A stretch of 64,000 bases of DNA. Origin: Vicugna vicugna. Lineage: Eukaryota. The position numbers and the translations under genes were made by a program. Positions 38,831 through 50,157 of the stretch are shown one piece after another. Every line of letters begins with the position of its first letter. Within the stretch, counting starts at the first letter, position 1. The stretch spans positions 56,545 through 120,544 of the forward strand of contig MU057416.1 of assembly GCA_013265495.1 (NCBI GenBank), in the 5' to 3' direction. The notes below the pieces were generated by a model. It made no database searches and was not told the origin of the DNA. It saw nothing but the letters and a program-made list of their open reading frames with translations.

Positions 38831-41309
38831 GGTGATCTTTTATACTGTGCGATACTCTGTGTTTAAGAATGGTCCTGGTTCATGTGCGTGCTGTTCACAT
38901 AGCAGGGGTGTCACTGATTTGAGGACACAGGGAACCCCACACACTCAAGGTGTAGTGCGTGTTGGACTGGAAGTGAGAACTTGGTCACTGGAGGTGGGAG
39001 TGAGGACCCGGAACTTGTCGACTGCAGAATAACCATGGCTGCTGTATTTCAGATCTCCAGTGTGTGACTTAATAGAGTTCAGGAGTCTTGGTTGAATAAA
39101 TGAATGAGTTGATTACTGTCACACGGGGTGTAAGATGTCCCAGTCATGTCATTGGTAAGTAGCTCCTTCAGGCCACTCTTTGAGGTGAGTGAAGGAACTC
39201 GCTGCATCTAAGTCCCCACGATGTCAGTGTCCACCAGCCCTGAGAGAGTGGACAGAGGAGAATGGGAAATGGGACCACCAGGCAGAGACCGCAGCAGCTC
39301 CGTTCCCTCCCGCTGGTGAAACAGAATCATAACATCTTCAGTGACCTTTGTGCTTAGATTCCCATCTTTAATTTTAATGCTTTTCTCCCAAGAATCTTGT
39401 TTTCTCTATGTCGAGGGCTACCGTAGCCACCTGGAGGAGAATTATCCCGGTGCAAGTGTTGAGCTGAAGGAAGCAGGGCAGGAGCTCTGCTCTCAGGTCT
39501 TGGCTGCTGAGTCCGGAGGGGGAACCAGATTATCTGCCCACCTGGGCCTGCTGCTGCAACCCGCCAGCGCTGAGAGAGGCCCACAGTGGCCTCCAGCACA
39601 TCCTGACAGTGGGGCGATGTGTCTCGTGTGGACCCCCAACACTGCCTGGCCGCCCTGTCACCCTCCCTAGCATAGCCATCTCCTCGCTTCCCAAAATGAC
39701 CGTTTTACCCCTTGTCTTGATTCGTCTCCCAGAATTTCTCAATCAGCCAATCATTTCCCTCCTGTTCTTCTAAAACCGTGGCAGTGAATCACACAGGAGC
39801 TTTCTCGTCTTCCTACCGCTGAGTCTGCCAGCGCACGTGTAAGTCAGTGCCACCGCCGTCTTCTCGTTTCAGACAAGAGTCCCTGGTTCTATCCAAGACC
39901 AACTCTCCTGCGTGTGATCAGAAGCCAGTGCTTCCTGACCCCCCAGGGACGTTGCTTCTGCAATCGTTTTCTTCTCTGCTGCATGGAAATATTTTCCTCT
40001 TTAGTGGAATTTCAGTCGACGTATGAATATGCTCTAACATGTCCTGTCCCAAACAAAAGATACACGTTCAGTACATGTCTGTCTCAAGCTGCAGCTCCGT
40101 GTCTCTGATGATGTTTACAGCTTAGGGTTCTCGGGAGCTGGTGTCTCTCCCTTTCTCATCACACTCATTCGCTCCGTGAACTCCTCCTCCCCCTGCCTGG
40201 ATCTAGTGTCACCATCTCTGACTTCTTTCACTGGAACTCCCAGCAGCGTTCCAGACAGACCACCCTGCTCTCCTTTTTGAAGGACACCTAGTAGGTGTAC
40301 CAGTTAGCGATTGCTTCCGAACACATCACACTCAAACTCGGTGGCTGGAAATGTCAAGTTACTGCTTCTCCTGAGTCTGTGGGTCTCCTGGGTGGTTTAT
40401 GCGGTCTCCTTTTGCCTCACTCAAGTGTGGCGGTCAAGTGCGGGTGGCGCAGCTCTGCAGATCTAGGCTGGATTCTTCCAGGCTGTGGGCTGGCTGGTTC
40501 TGGGATGGCCTCGGCTGCAGTATTTCAAAACTGGCAGCTTTGCAGAATGTGGCCAACTCTATTCTAGCTCAGTCCCTCCAGAAGGTAATAGGTTTCATTT
40601 ATTGGTGGCAATTCCTGACTTTGTGTGTGCTTGTGTGCTAATCTAGGGAAAGCATAATCTGAAACCTTTTTACTCCTCCGCATTTCTGTAAGCTGCATGG
40701 CTTCATTTTAAGGTGCCAGGGAGATGAGTGAAACCATGGTGGAGTCATTTCTCATCTTACAAAGGATCAAAACAAAAAATGAGCAGGGTTCAGAACATCC
40801 TTAGGGTACTCCATTTCTGTGTGAAGACCTGTGTGAGCAGAAAAAGCATTTTAGGATAAGTACATGTACAAAAAGTCAAGTTTTTTTGTGGCTAAGAAAG
40901 CTATCATAGATAAATGAGTTATCTCTGAAATACGGAAAACCTCTTTTTTTTTTAAATATGTAAATAAAGTGAACCGTAGCGGCTCTGCCATCTGTGTGAG
41001 GCTGAGAGTTCCTGGAAAATGACTCATTCAGTTCAGCAAAGACGTGAAACCAGATTTGAATGTAAAAAATACATGAGTTCCAGAGAACCTAGGATGCAAG
41101 GATTAGCACAGACACTTCCCAGTGCAGTGTTTGGAATAGAGGTGGGGTCATGGAAAAACGAGCAGACACCGTGGACGTGGACGGGAAGGCTCTTCAGTAG
41201 TGAGCACTGCTCTTTGAAATTGCTTTGATTTAGTTGCTGGAATTAACTGTCCAAGGCCTGTAGGGGTCATTTAGTTCAATGCCATTTTGTCTGTTAAGCC
41301 ACTGAAAAT

Positions 41310-41500
41310 AGATGAACAACAAGTTTCTACTGTAGAGCACAGGGAGCTATATTCAATATCTTGTAGTCACCGATAATGAAAAAGAATATGAAAAGGAATA
41401 TATGTATGTGTGTGTATGACCGAAACATGATCCTGGACACCAGAAATGGACACAATGTTGTAAACTGACTATACTTTAATTAAAAAAAGAAAAGAAAAAG
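41310..41500 (+). mobile_element. L1 3' end fragment
   Basis: aacaacaagtttctactgtagagcacagggagctatattcaatatc...caatgttgtaaactgactatactttaattaaaaaaa. Confidence 0.85.
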
Positions 41501-42686
41501 GGTCCGAGGCCGAGAGAGACTGAGTTGCCAACAGGACAGCGAGACTCTGGGGGCAGAGCCAGGACCAGACACACCCAAGCTCCCTCCGAGTCTCCTGAGA
41601 AGAAGCCTGTGCTGATTTTAGTGTGTTTGTCTAGTGCTCGACACCTGGAAAGTGCACCCATCTCCTGTGCAGGCTCAAGGGTTTACTGACTTGGGTTTTC
41701 TGGACACTGTCTGAGCCTTTTTCTATTCATAAAATGGACATCTTGATGGTTTTCATGAGACACACTATTTAAGATACTATTCAGGAGATAAAAGGCAATC
41801 ACAAGGCTGCGTTTTTCAAATGTATCTTTTCACGTGGCAACTTCTCAGACGTGTGGCTTTACACACCTCACTCTGTAGGGGAGTAACGGGAGCCTGACAT
41901 CTGTGTCCAGGTGGAAATCCTCGACAGCCACCCTCGTCTTAGGGAGGCAGCTCTACTGATGTCTCCCTGTCCCCGCTGCCCCCTGAAAGATGAAGAACAG
42001 TGTCCCAGGCAAGGCTGATACCTTTCTGGTCATTAATTGGGAAATCAGTTGTCTTCCTGGCAAATGGAGACATCTACCACCTAAAACCAATAAACTAGTT
42101 TTCCTTGCTCCCAAAGTTGGGAAAATAGAGAAAAAAAATGAAGTTCAATTTCTCTTCCATTTACCAAATATGAATGTGAAACTGAATCTCTCTGAGATCT
42201 AAAGCTGTGCTGAAGTTTTACCTTTGTCTGCTAAGGGAACAAGGATGCTAGTAGCCTGAACTGGTGAGCAGTTGGAGTTATTTCAGTTTATATTTGGAAT
42301 TGAGTGTGTGAATAGTTGAGTAACAATTAGAATTTACTAACTAAATTTTGTTTGGACTGGAATAAAAATTTGTCTGCATACATTATTGGAAAATCAGAGC
42401 ACCTTGGATTCTTAATGATAAAGGTATAGAAACTTTTCAGGGAGGCAGCATGGTCATGAATGAAGAGTGGGGACGCTGGAGTCATAGTGCCAGGTCGAAG
42501 CCCAGTACTGCCACTCTCAGGCAATTCCAGGCAAGTTCCTTAATCTCTGTTTTCCATTTTGTAAGATGGGGCTGCCAATACTAACCCCACAATAGGATCA
42601 GGGTAGTTTATACATTGCATTTAAACGACCTGGTTCTCCACAAGAAATTAGCTCTTACCGTGTGGGCAACTGAGCTAATGGCACGC

Positions 42687-43061
42687 TGTGTTAGTCAGGC
42701 GGGGGTGGGGGGGGCTCCGATAACAAGGAACCACAGACTGGAGGCTTATAAACATCAGAAATTTATGTTTCACAGTCTGGGGGCTGGAAGTCTGAGATGA
42801 GGGGTGCCAGGGTGGTCAGGCTCTGGTGAGGACCCCCTTCCAGTCTACAGACAGAGGACACCTTGTATCCTCTCACGGCGCAAAGAGGGTGAGAGAGCTC
42901 CCCGGCCTCTTAATTAGGGCACTAATCCCATTCACAAGGGCACCACCCTCATGGCGTCATCACCTCCTGAAGGCCCTGCCTCCAAATACTACGATGTTGG
43001 GGATTAGCTTTCATTAGCTTTTTTTGGGGGTGGGGTGGGGCACATATTCTGTTCATAACAC
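42687..43061 (-). mobile_element. MLT1A-like LTR
   Basis: tgtgttagtc...ccacagactggaggcttataaacatcagaaattta...ggctggaagtctgagat...ttcataaca. Confidence 0.85.
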
Positions 43062-43256
43062 ATACCTAAGCTACTATATCTCCCGGGAAGATTTTTGTTG
43101 TTGTTTTTGTTTTGTTTTTACTTTTGTCTTTTTTAGCCTAAACGTATATCTTAGCAACTCATTTAATTGTCATTTAATTTTTTAAAAAATTTATACTCGA
43201 AAAAGAAGAGTATTTGGTTAGTTGATGTTAGGCAGAGAGAATGCTTATGTAACCCA

Positions 43257-43355
43257 TTTCTTTCTATCTATCTGTCTGTCTGTCTATCTATCTATCAGTC
43301 TATCATCTGTCTGTCTATATATCTCATCTGTCTGTCTGTCTATCCATCCTATCAT
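43257..43355. repeat. (TCTA/TCTG)n tetranucleotide repeat
   Basis: Direct read. Confidence 0.9.
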
Positions 43356-43787
43356 TTCTCTATGAAGTTCTTAGTGTTTTCTTTGAACTAGTGGTAACAT
43401 CTTACTGGTTTCCTCACTGATTAATGAGTTAAATAAAACCCTGAGCACATGTTTATTGTGTATCTATTGGAGAAATGATGATATCACCCTTAAAGATAAT
43501 CTTTTAGCAACTGAAATGAAGAATATATTTTCTAAATTGATAGAAAGGAGAAGAAATTTAAAAAAGCAACACCCACTCACTAAAAAATGGTTGGGTCCAT
43601 GTTTTTTCGTTCAGGTGTCCCAAAATATGTTACCCTGCCTTCTTGACTTGCTCCAAGTTAAGCGACAAGGTCGTACCTGTGACCAGGAAAGCTTTAACAA
43701 CTTTTTGTTGGTTGGCTTTTAAATACAGTCCTCATGTATGGACCACATCACATTAAAACCCATAGGTGCCTAGCAAATTTAAGACAT

Positions 43788-44045
43788 CTATGTCACATCT
43801 CTTACTATAAACAGGAGCCATAGCAATGAGGTGGCATGTAGACACTGTTTATTGAACAACGGAGTGCTTGTGTAGTTGGTGACTCTGTAGTTCGAGTGGA
43901 TTTCCGGTTTCACATCACAGACGATGCTCAAAAGCTGGTTGATGACACTTTCCATGGACGTGCTGTGGCTCCCATCCAGCTCTTTTATCTTCCTCAGTGT
44001 CTGTGCTTCTATCTCTCTGGAGAGATTGCTCTGGGAGCCCATTGT
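43788..44045 (-). CDS. ATP6V1G3: ATP6V1G3 exon 3 coding part; orthologous stop position 43872-43874 is TAC, frame runs on to 43788
   Basis: Acceptor ttctgttctggtag|ACA ATG GGC TCC CAG. ORF 43788..44042 matches the G3 C-terminus up to NYRVTN and then continues for 28 extra residues. Confidence 0.93.
   Translation of the reverse strand, partial: TMGSQSNLSREIEAQTLRKIKELDGSHSTSMESVINQLLSIVCDVKPEIHSNYRVTNYTSTPLFNKQCLHATSLLWLLFIVRDVT
43848..43853 (-). terminator. Candidate polyadenylation signal AATAAA (another at 43452-43457)
   Basis: tttatt on the plus strand, ~20 nt past the orthologous stop position. Confidence 0.35.
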
Positions 44046-44745
44046 CTACCAGAACAGAACAGACGGAGTTCACCACATGACGCTTCGGATTAGAGTCTCA
44101 TTGTTTTGCAAGTTAAACTTGTCTTCACCTGTTTATGGGTGATTGTTCTCTGGTGTATGTGTTATTTTTCCAGAATTCTCTCAGAGAACGGACAAGATCA
44201 GCAATGCTATGAGGAGGATGGATAAACTTTTCTAAAAAATATAATTGGAAAAAAAAAACAAGACAAAACAAACAAAAATAAACCACTATACTATACACCT
44301 GAAACTAATGAAATATTATTAATCAACTATACTTCAATTAAAAAAAGCAAATGGAAGCTGGCCACGGCATGTGAGCTCTGCTTCAAGGTGACCTTTGCAC
44401 AGTAGAAATCAAATAAAAAGTTCACAGCCATTACACCACACGCAGAAGTTTCTTCATGGTTTTGTAATTGAGTCCCCGTATCTGCCCTACTGCTTTCTGA
44501 ATTAAAAGTCTGGACAATAAAGTTGAAAGACTTCAATCCATTTTTGCTGGTTTTTAAAGAGCAAATAACTGGCTTGTCAATTTTTAAAATACTTTATCTG
44601 AACTGATTAAATCTTGTTTCTCAGAAAGATACAGCCGCAGTATGCCCAGTGAGATGCTTCTACATGCACAGATAAATATCTTTTTAGGCAATGGATATAA
44701 TCTTGAAAATTTTGGTATAAACTGGATTTCTTTCAAACTGAGATA

Positions 44746-45236
44746 TACAGACATTTGGTCCCCAATTTTGATGCTGTGACTCAGAATTTTTTGATGGTGA
44801 GAAAGTGATAGTGTATTCTGCAGGGACCGTAACTTGCCTCTGGAGCTTCTCCCCAGGCCAGTGATGTCCAGTGGGACGCTCTCCGGCGATGCTCGACAGT
44901 GGTGAGCCCCAGCTCCCAGCCAGCCCAGGAGCCATGAACGTCAACAACTCACTCACACAACCATTCTGCACCAGACAACCATTCTCTGTTTCACTTTCTG
45001 TACTGCATTCAATCAATTCCATGAGTTATTCAAGACTTCATTATAAGATACGCCGTGTGGGATGAGTTTGCCTAATTGCAGGCTGATGACAGTGTTCTGA
45101 TCACGTTTAGGGTAGGCTGGGCTGGGCTGTGTTATCGATGGATTAGATGTCATCAATGCATTTTCGACTTTGCTATTTTTAGTTTACAGTGGGTTTGTCA
45201 GGACGTAACCCCATCGTGGTCAAGGAAGAGCTGTAC
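44746..45236 (-). mobile_element. Tigger-family non-autonomous DNA transposon (MER47/Tigger5-like)
   Basis: aatgcattttcgactt...gggtttgtcaggacgtaaccccatcgt...ctgta end and tacag start. Confidence 0.7.
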
Positions 45237-46348
45237 TTGTCGACTTGGTTCCATGATGATTCTAGACTCAGCGTAACTCATCTTTCTGGTTGTTCTGTCA
45301 TTGGCAGTGATTCTGGTCTTTCCTACTTCATCCTCTGTCTCTTAGCCTCCCTGTCAAGGAATGACAAGATTGAAATGCAATTTTACCAGGAGAGTTACCA
45401 ATTTAAAAGGATTCTTCAGTGAAACCCTCTGTGAAATTATCCACTGCTGAAGCCAACAGCCAGCTCCTAATTTATCTCCTTCGTAAACTCAGCCTTTCTT
45501 GAACAGGGCATCATTAGGTGACACAGCTGGTTTTTGTTTGTTTGTTTTTCTCTCCTGTGAGTGTTTAGGGAAGGTATGCATTTAATTTAATCCAAGAGGA
45601 CTCCACTAATGACTGATTTTTACTGCCAGGTTGTTAGACTGTTCTAAATCCTAGAATCCACAGGATCTTTCTGGGCCCTGAATTTGAAATAGAAAGCAGT
45701 TGAGGCTGTCCGGTTCCGGTTCTTTCCTGTTTACAGTCTGGGCAAGAGGGGCTTCCTAGTTCAAAGAAAATCATTTTGAGGAGATACAGCTTCTAAGACA
45801 TCAAATAGCTTTCATAAAATTACATTTTGGTAAGTATGCATGCAGGAACAACAGACATTTGGATAAAATTTCCCTTGCTACAAGGAAGTTTGAAAATAGA
45901 GAACTACTTACCAAAATAGTTCTACCAAAATCAGATTTTTCCTCTAAATCCAATATCTTAAGTGAGATTCTACCAAACTCAAAAATAAAATTACTTTTCC
46001 TAAATACAATGTCTTAAGTGGTGAAAAATTTAAAAGACAAACTGTTACGAAACGATTATCTATTTTTCTTAGGAGCAGTGTTAAAAATGGTTATTTTTAG
46101 GCTAGATTACTGCAGCTATCCTGAAGGACTTTGGAAAAGTTCATCTCAACCTTATGTTCTTTATTTTTTAAATACGGATAACATCAGAACATCACCCATT
46201 TGATGGGACTGCTGTAAAAAGTCAACCAGAGTCATGTGTGCAAAGTATGCAGAGTGGTGCTGCCCAATAGAATTGTAATATGAGCCACCAATGACCCATA
46301 TAAGTGACGTAAATTTTTCTATAGTATTAAAAAAGAAAAGAAAAAGAT

Positions 46349-46505
46349 GGAGGATATAGCTTAATGGTAGAGCATGTTCTTAGCATGCACAAGGTCCTGG
46401 GTTCCAACCCCAGTACCTCTGTTAAAAAAAAAAAACTAAGTAAATAACCTAATTATCCCCTCCACAAAAAACCCTAACTAACTAACTAAATAATTAAAAA
46501 AAAAA
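46349..46505 (+). mobile_element. tRNA-derived SINE (Vic-1-like)
   Basis: tatagcttaatggtagagc...gtcctgggttccaaccccagt, A-rich tail, aaaagat on both flanks. Confidence 0.88.
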
Positions 46506-47932
46506 GATAAGTGCCTCGAACACTGCTTGGCACATAGTAGGTGCTCAGTGCATCCCTGTTGAACAGAATAGAATGAGCTGCTCACCAGGCATCAGGGAGA
46601 ACTGATTACCTGTGTTCTACTGCTCTCGTCGGCCGAAGCCTGCTGCCTGAGTATTTGGGACACTATATAAATTAGAAGTCGATAATTATGTGACGTGGAA
46701 CTTGGTATGTTTGGCCGAAGGGTGCCGTTTGAGGACTTCTCCAGGCAAATTTCCCACCCTTCAGTGCTGCGGCCGCTGTGTGCAGCTTTGCAGAGTAATG
46801 ACTGATGGTGTTGGCGAAATCTTTCAGCGTTCAATAAGTTTCCTTGTAAGTTGTTCAAATGTTCCAATTTAAGGGAAACCAGAGGGTCAGGTCTCACACA
46901 GTCTTGCATTCTCAACTTGTGGTTGCTTCAAGGAAACAAAAATGCTTTCATGATAGGAATTTAGAAAGAAAGGAAAAAGACATTTTTTAGATCTTTTGTT
47001 CAGATTCGTGGTCCGTCTAACTTTTACTTGCATTAACAGTAGATACAACTTCCCACTGCAGTCCAGATCTCTTTTCGGCCAAGTACTGTTTTCTCCAGTA
47101 GAGGATGTTATTTTGCAGGACTTTCCGAGGTCCTGCAGGATGGCCGCAGGAGCTCCATCACCGCGGTTTTGTCTTTCTGAGAGAATCACAGAAACGGAGC
47201 CCTGCAGTGTGAACGGCCGCCTTCTTCCCTCAGCAGAGCTTCTTCTTAGAATCACCCCAGCTGTCACGTGTATCATTCGTTTGATCCTTCTTATTGCTGA
47301 GTGGTGCTGCAGTTTAGCAAGAGACAAAGTGAAATAAGGGATAAGTGTACAGCAGGAGATAGCAAAGTAAATCTTTGTTATAAAAATATTCCTTGATATA
47401 CAGCCCACCTTGGGATACTCACTTCTACTGATAAAGGAGGGGGGTGGAAAATGAGTCAGGGGGTGTGGAAAAAACATACATTAGCAAGAGCTAAGAAGCA
47501 CCCAAAAGAGTAGCATTGCGGGGCAGCAGCCACAGCAGGTGGGAAACTGGTTTCCCGGGGCTCCTCCGGGAGCTCCTCCGAGCCCCGGGTGAGCGCCCAC
47601 GAGCTCCGCGCGGGACAGCGGCGTGTGGCCCCCGCGGGCCGTGGCGGGAAGGCGCTGGGCTCACGCTTCACAATATGCTTGAAGCCGCAGAGGCCCGAAT
47701 GCGTTGACCTTCCTATGTGAGATTTTGATCAACTAGCTGTTAAATTGGCTTAGAGCTCTCATTCTGAGAGCGGTGAGGAGTTTTAATTATTCTCCAGCTC
47801 AGAGAATAAATACCATGAGCCAGACTTACATCTTATGAGATTCTTCATGAGACGTAATATTTCAAGAGATTAAACCCAACCACTTTCTAAAATTGTGGTC
47901 AGTTTTGTAATTATTTAAAAAAAATAATAATA

Positions 47933-48110
47933 TGGGGAGAAAGTATAGCTCAGTGGTAGAACACATGCTTAGCGTGCACAAGGTCCTGGGTTCAACCCCC
48001 AGTATTTCCATTAAAATAAGTAAGTGAATAAATAAACCTAATTACTTCTCCCCAAAACAAAAACAAAAAATAAATAAAATAAAATATTAAAAAGTATATT
48101 AATTAAAGAA
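47933..48110 (+). mobile_element. tRNA-derived SINE (Vic-1-like)
   Basis: gtatagctcagtggtagaacacatgcttagcgtgcacaaggtcctgggttcaacccccagt plus tail. Confidence 0.9.
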
Positions 48111-49332
48111 GAAGAATAATTCATATGTTAGAAATATCTTCTGCAGGATCAGAAAAGCTGATTGGTGTTAAGGGTGATTATTTTTTGGATCCTAATAAGT
48201 CATGGTTATGACAGGACTCAATAGGAAAGATAAAAGCATAGAAGAAATGTTGAGTTACTCATTCTTTCAATGAATACTTACTGTGTATTTACAATGGGGC
48301 AGTAACGTCTAGGAAAGCAACAGGGAACAAAATAAAGAACCTGCCATTTTGGTGCTTACAGTCCAGAAGGAAAGATAATCAATAAGCAAAAAATGTGAAT
48401 GTATAGTATATCCTGTAGTGATAAATGCTATGACTATAATTAGTACTTTCTTTTTTTATGAGAGACACAATCTTAGATAAGGTGATCGAGAACAAGAGCC
48501 AACAACTAACTGAACAGAGATCAAAGAGCAATGAATGTCTGTGAAAGAAGAGGATTCCTGGGAGTGGCTACAGCATATGCAAAGGCCCTGTGGCAGTGGC
48601 CTGTTCAGTTCACCTGGGGAAGAGCAGGGAGACACATGTGGCTAGAATAGAACAAGTAGAGACAAAGGGAGTAGAATATGTTACAAATGACCAAAGTAGA
48701 CATTGTTGCCAATTGCTGACAAGTCTTCTGGTATTTCCTTATGATTTTCTTTTCAACTAGCTGGCTCCACTCAATAAACCTTTCATACAAAATATAAAGA
48801 CATGCTGTTCCCTACACTAGCATTTAAAAAATATCTGCACTTTCAAAGGCAAGTGCATGACACTCAGAGCCCACAGGTCAGAGAGAGAGCCGAAGGGCAG
48901 TTGTGAGGGGCGTATGTGTTTGTGTGGACTGGGGAGTCTATGATTCCTTTTTCCAAATATCGATAAGAAGAATTTATTTTTGCTGAGTGGTCCACTTTAT
49001 TCTAAGGCCCTTTTGTTTCAAGAAACAGCCCGTTGGAAAAGTTTTTCCTATCGTGGGATCTCATTCACCTGATCTAACGCAAGCTCTGCATTGACTCCCA
49101 CTAAAATCAAAGCTGTAAACGGAGAGATTTACAAACTGCTTGCAGTTCATCTTGCCGTGTCAGGCTTCTGCACAGACCTTTATTTGTGTTTTTGCCAAAG
49201 AGAAAATACATCAACTTTAGTTATGGCGCATGGAATTTAATAATTCCTTTTAGTTCATGTTGCAAATCAGCTCTGAAAAATTCCTGCACTTATGTATTTT
49301 ACTGTAAACTGCAGATATTTTTTAAACGCTAA

Positions 49333-49463
49333 TGTATGAAAAAGCATTTCTTTACATTTTCATTAAAGATTGGTTGAAGGGAGCCAGCCAGTTGAAAAGG
49401 AAATCGTAACGGAATACCAGAAGCCTTTGCAGCAATTTGCAACAATATCGACTTTGATCATTT
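49333..49463. repeat. Intronic source copy of the 131-bp dispersed duplication
   Basis: Aligns without gaps to 50013-50143 (offset 680) with 4 mismatches. Confidence 0.97.
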
Positions 49464-49933
49464 ATAAATCTTGAATTAACCAAAGGAAATTTGGCCTAAC
49501 AAGCTCACTGTAGAACATTGTTCAACACTTTTTATTGATTCTACTAGTAAACATTAATAGACAAAAAAAAAGTTCTCTGTATTTTTTTCTTACTAAAATG
49601 TGTTAGTCAATCATCTGTAGTAGGAATAAAACTAACCAATTCCATCAACTTGTATATCTGAGAATATGATTTTTAACACATACGATGTATTAGATAAGAA
49701 CTATGGATTGACAGTCTCTATGACGAATGTGAAAACGTCAAATCGGTGATTCTGGGATGTTTCTGATTTGATTTGCGGTTCAGCCATGGTGAAGTCTATT
49801 TGCTCCATCCGATATGTTCTCTCCTGATATCCTGCGTCGGACCTTATGAAGATGAAGATCTCATCACTGTTCATGGATGTTAGTGTCTTACCATCTAAGC
49901 TGCTTGGAAATCGGTGCCAGCCGTCTCGCTCAC

Positions 49934-50157
49934 CTTAGCGTGTTTCAGCCGGAATGCCTGATCTCTCTGCATCCTGTACTGGTCAGTCTCTGCCATCGCT
50001 TCCTCCTTGGCCTGTATGAGAAAGCATTTCTTTACATTTTCATTAAAGACTGGTTGAAGGGAGCCATCCAGTTGAAAAGGAAATCGTAACGGAATACCAG
50101 AAGCCTTTGCAGCAATTTGCAACAATACCGACTTTGATCATTTTGGCTTGGCTTTTC
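49934..50157 (-). CDS. ATP6V1G3: ATP6V1G3 exon 2 (224 nt, disrupted by an insertion; ~101 nt expected)
   Basis: Acceptor tgttaattttcag|GA AAA GCC AAG CCA AAA TGA (stop at 50138-50140). Homology resumes at CAG GCC AAG GAG GAA GCG ATG (50014) and ends CAC GCT AAG|gtgag. Confidence 0.92.
50013..50143. repeat. Inserted copy of the 131-bp duplication inside ATP6V1G3 exon 2
   Basis: Direct repeat of 49333-49463, flanked on both sides by exon 2 coding sequence. Confidence 0.97.

Noticed and set aside
43788..44045. Exon 3 as an isolated processed pseudogene
   Set aside because: It has a proper acceptor, and exons 1 and 2 lie upstream in order with GT-AG introns.
46887..47477. 196-aa sense ORF in intron 2
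   Set aside because: No recognisable homology or exon boundaries.
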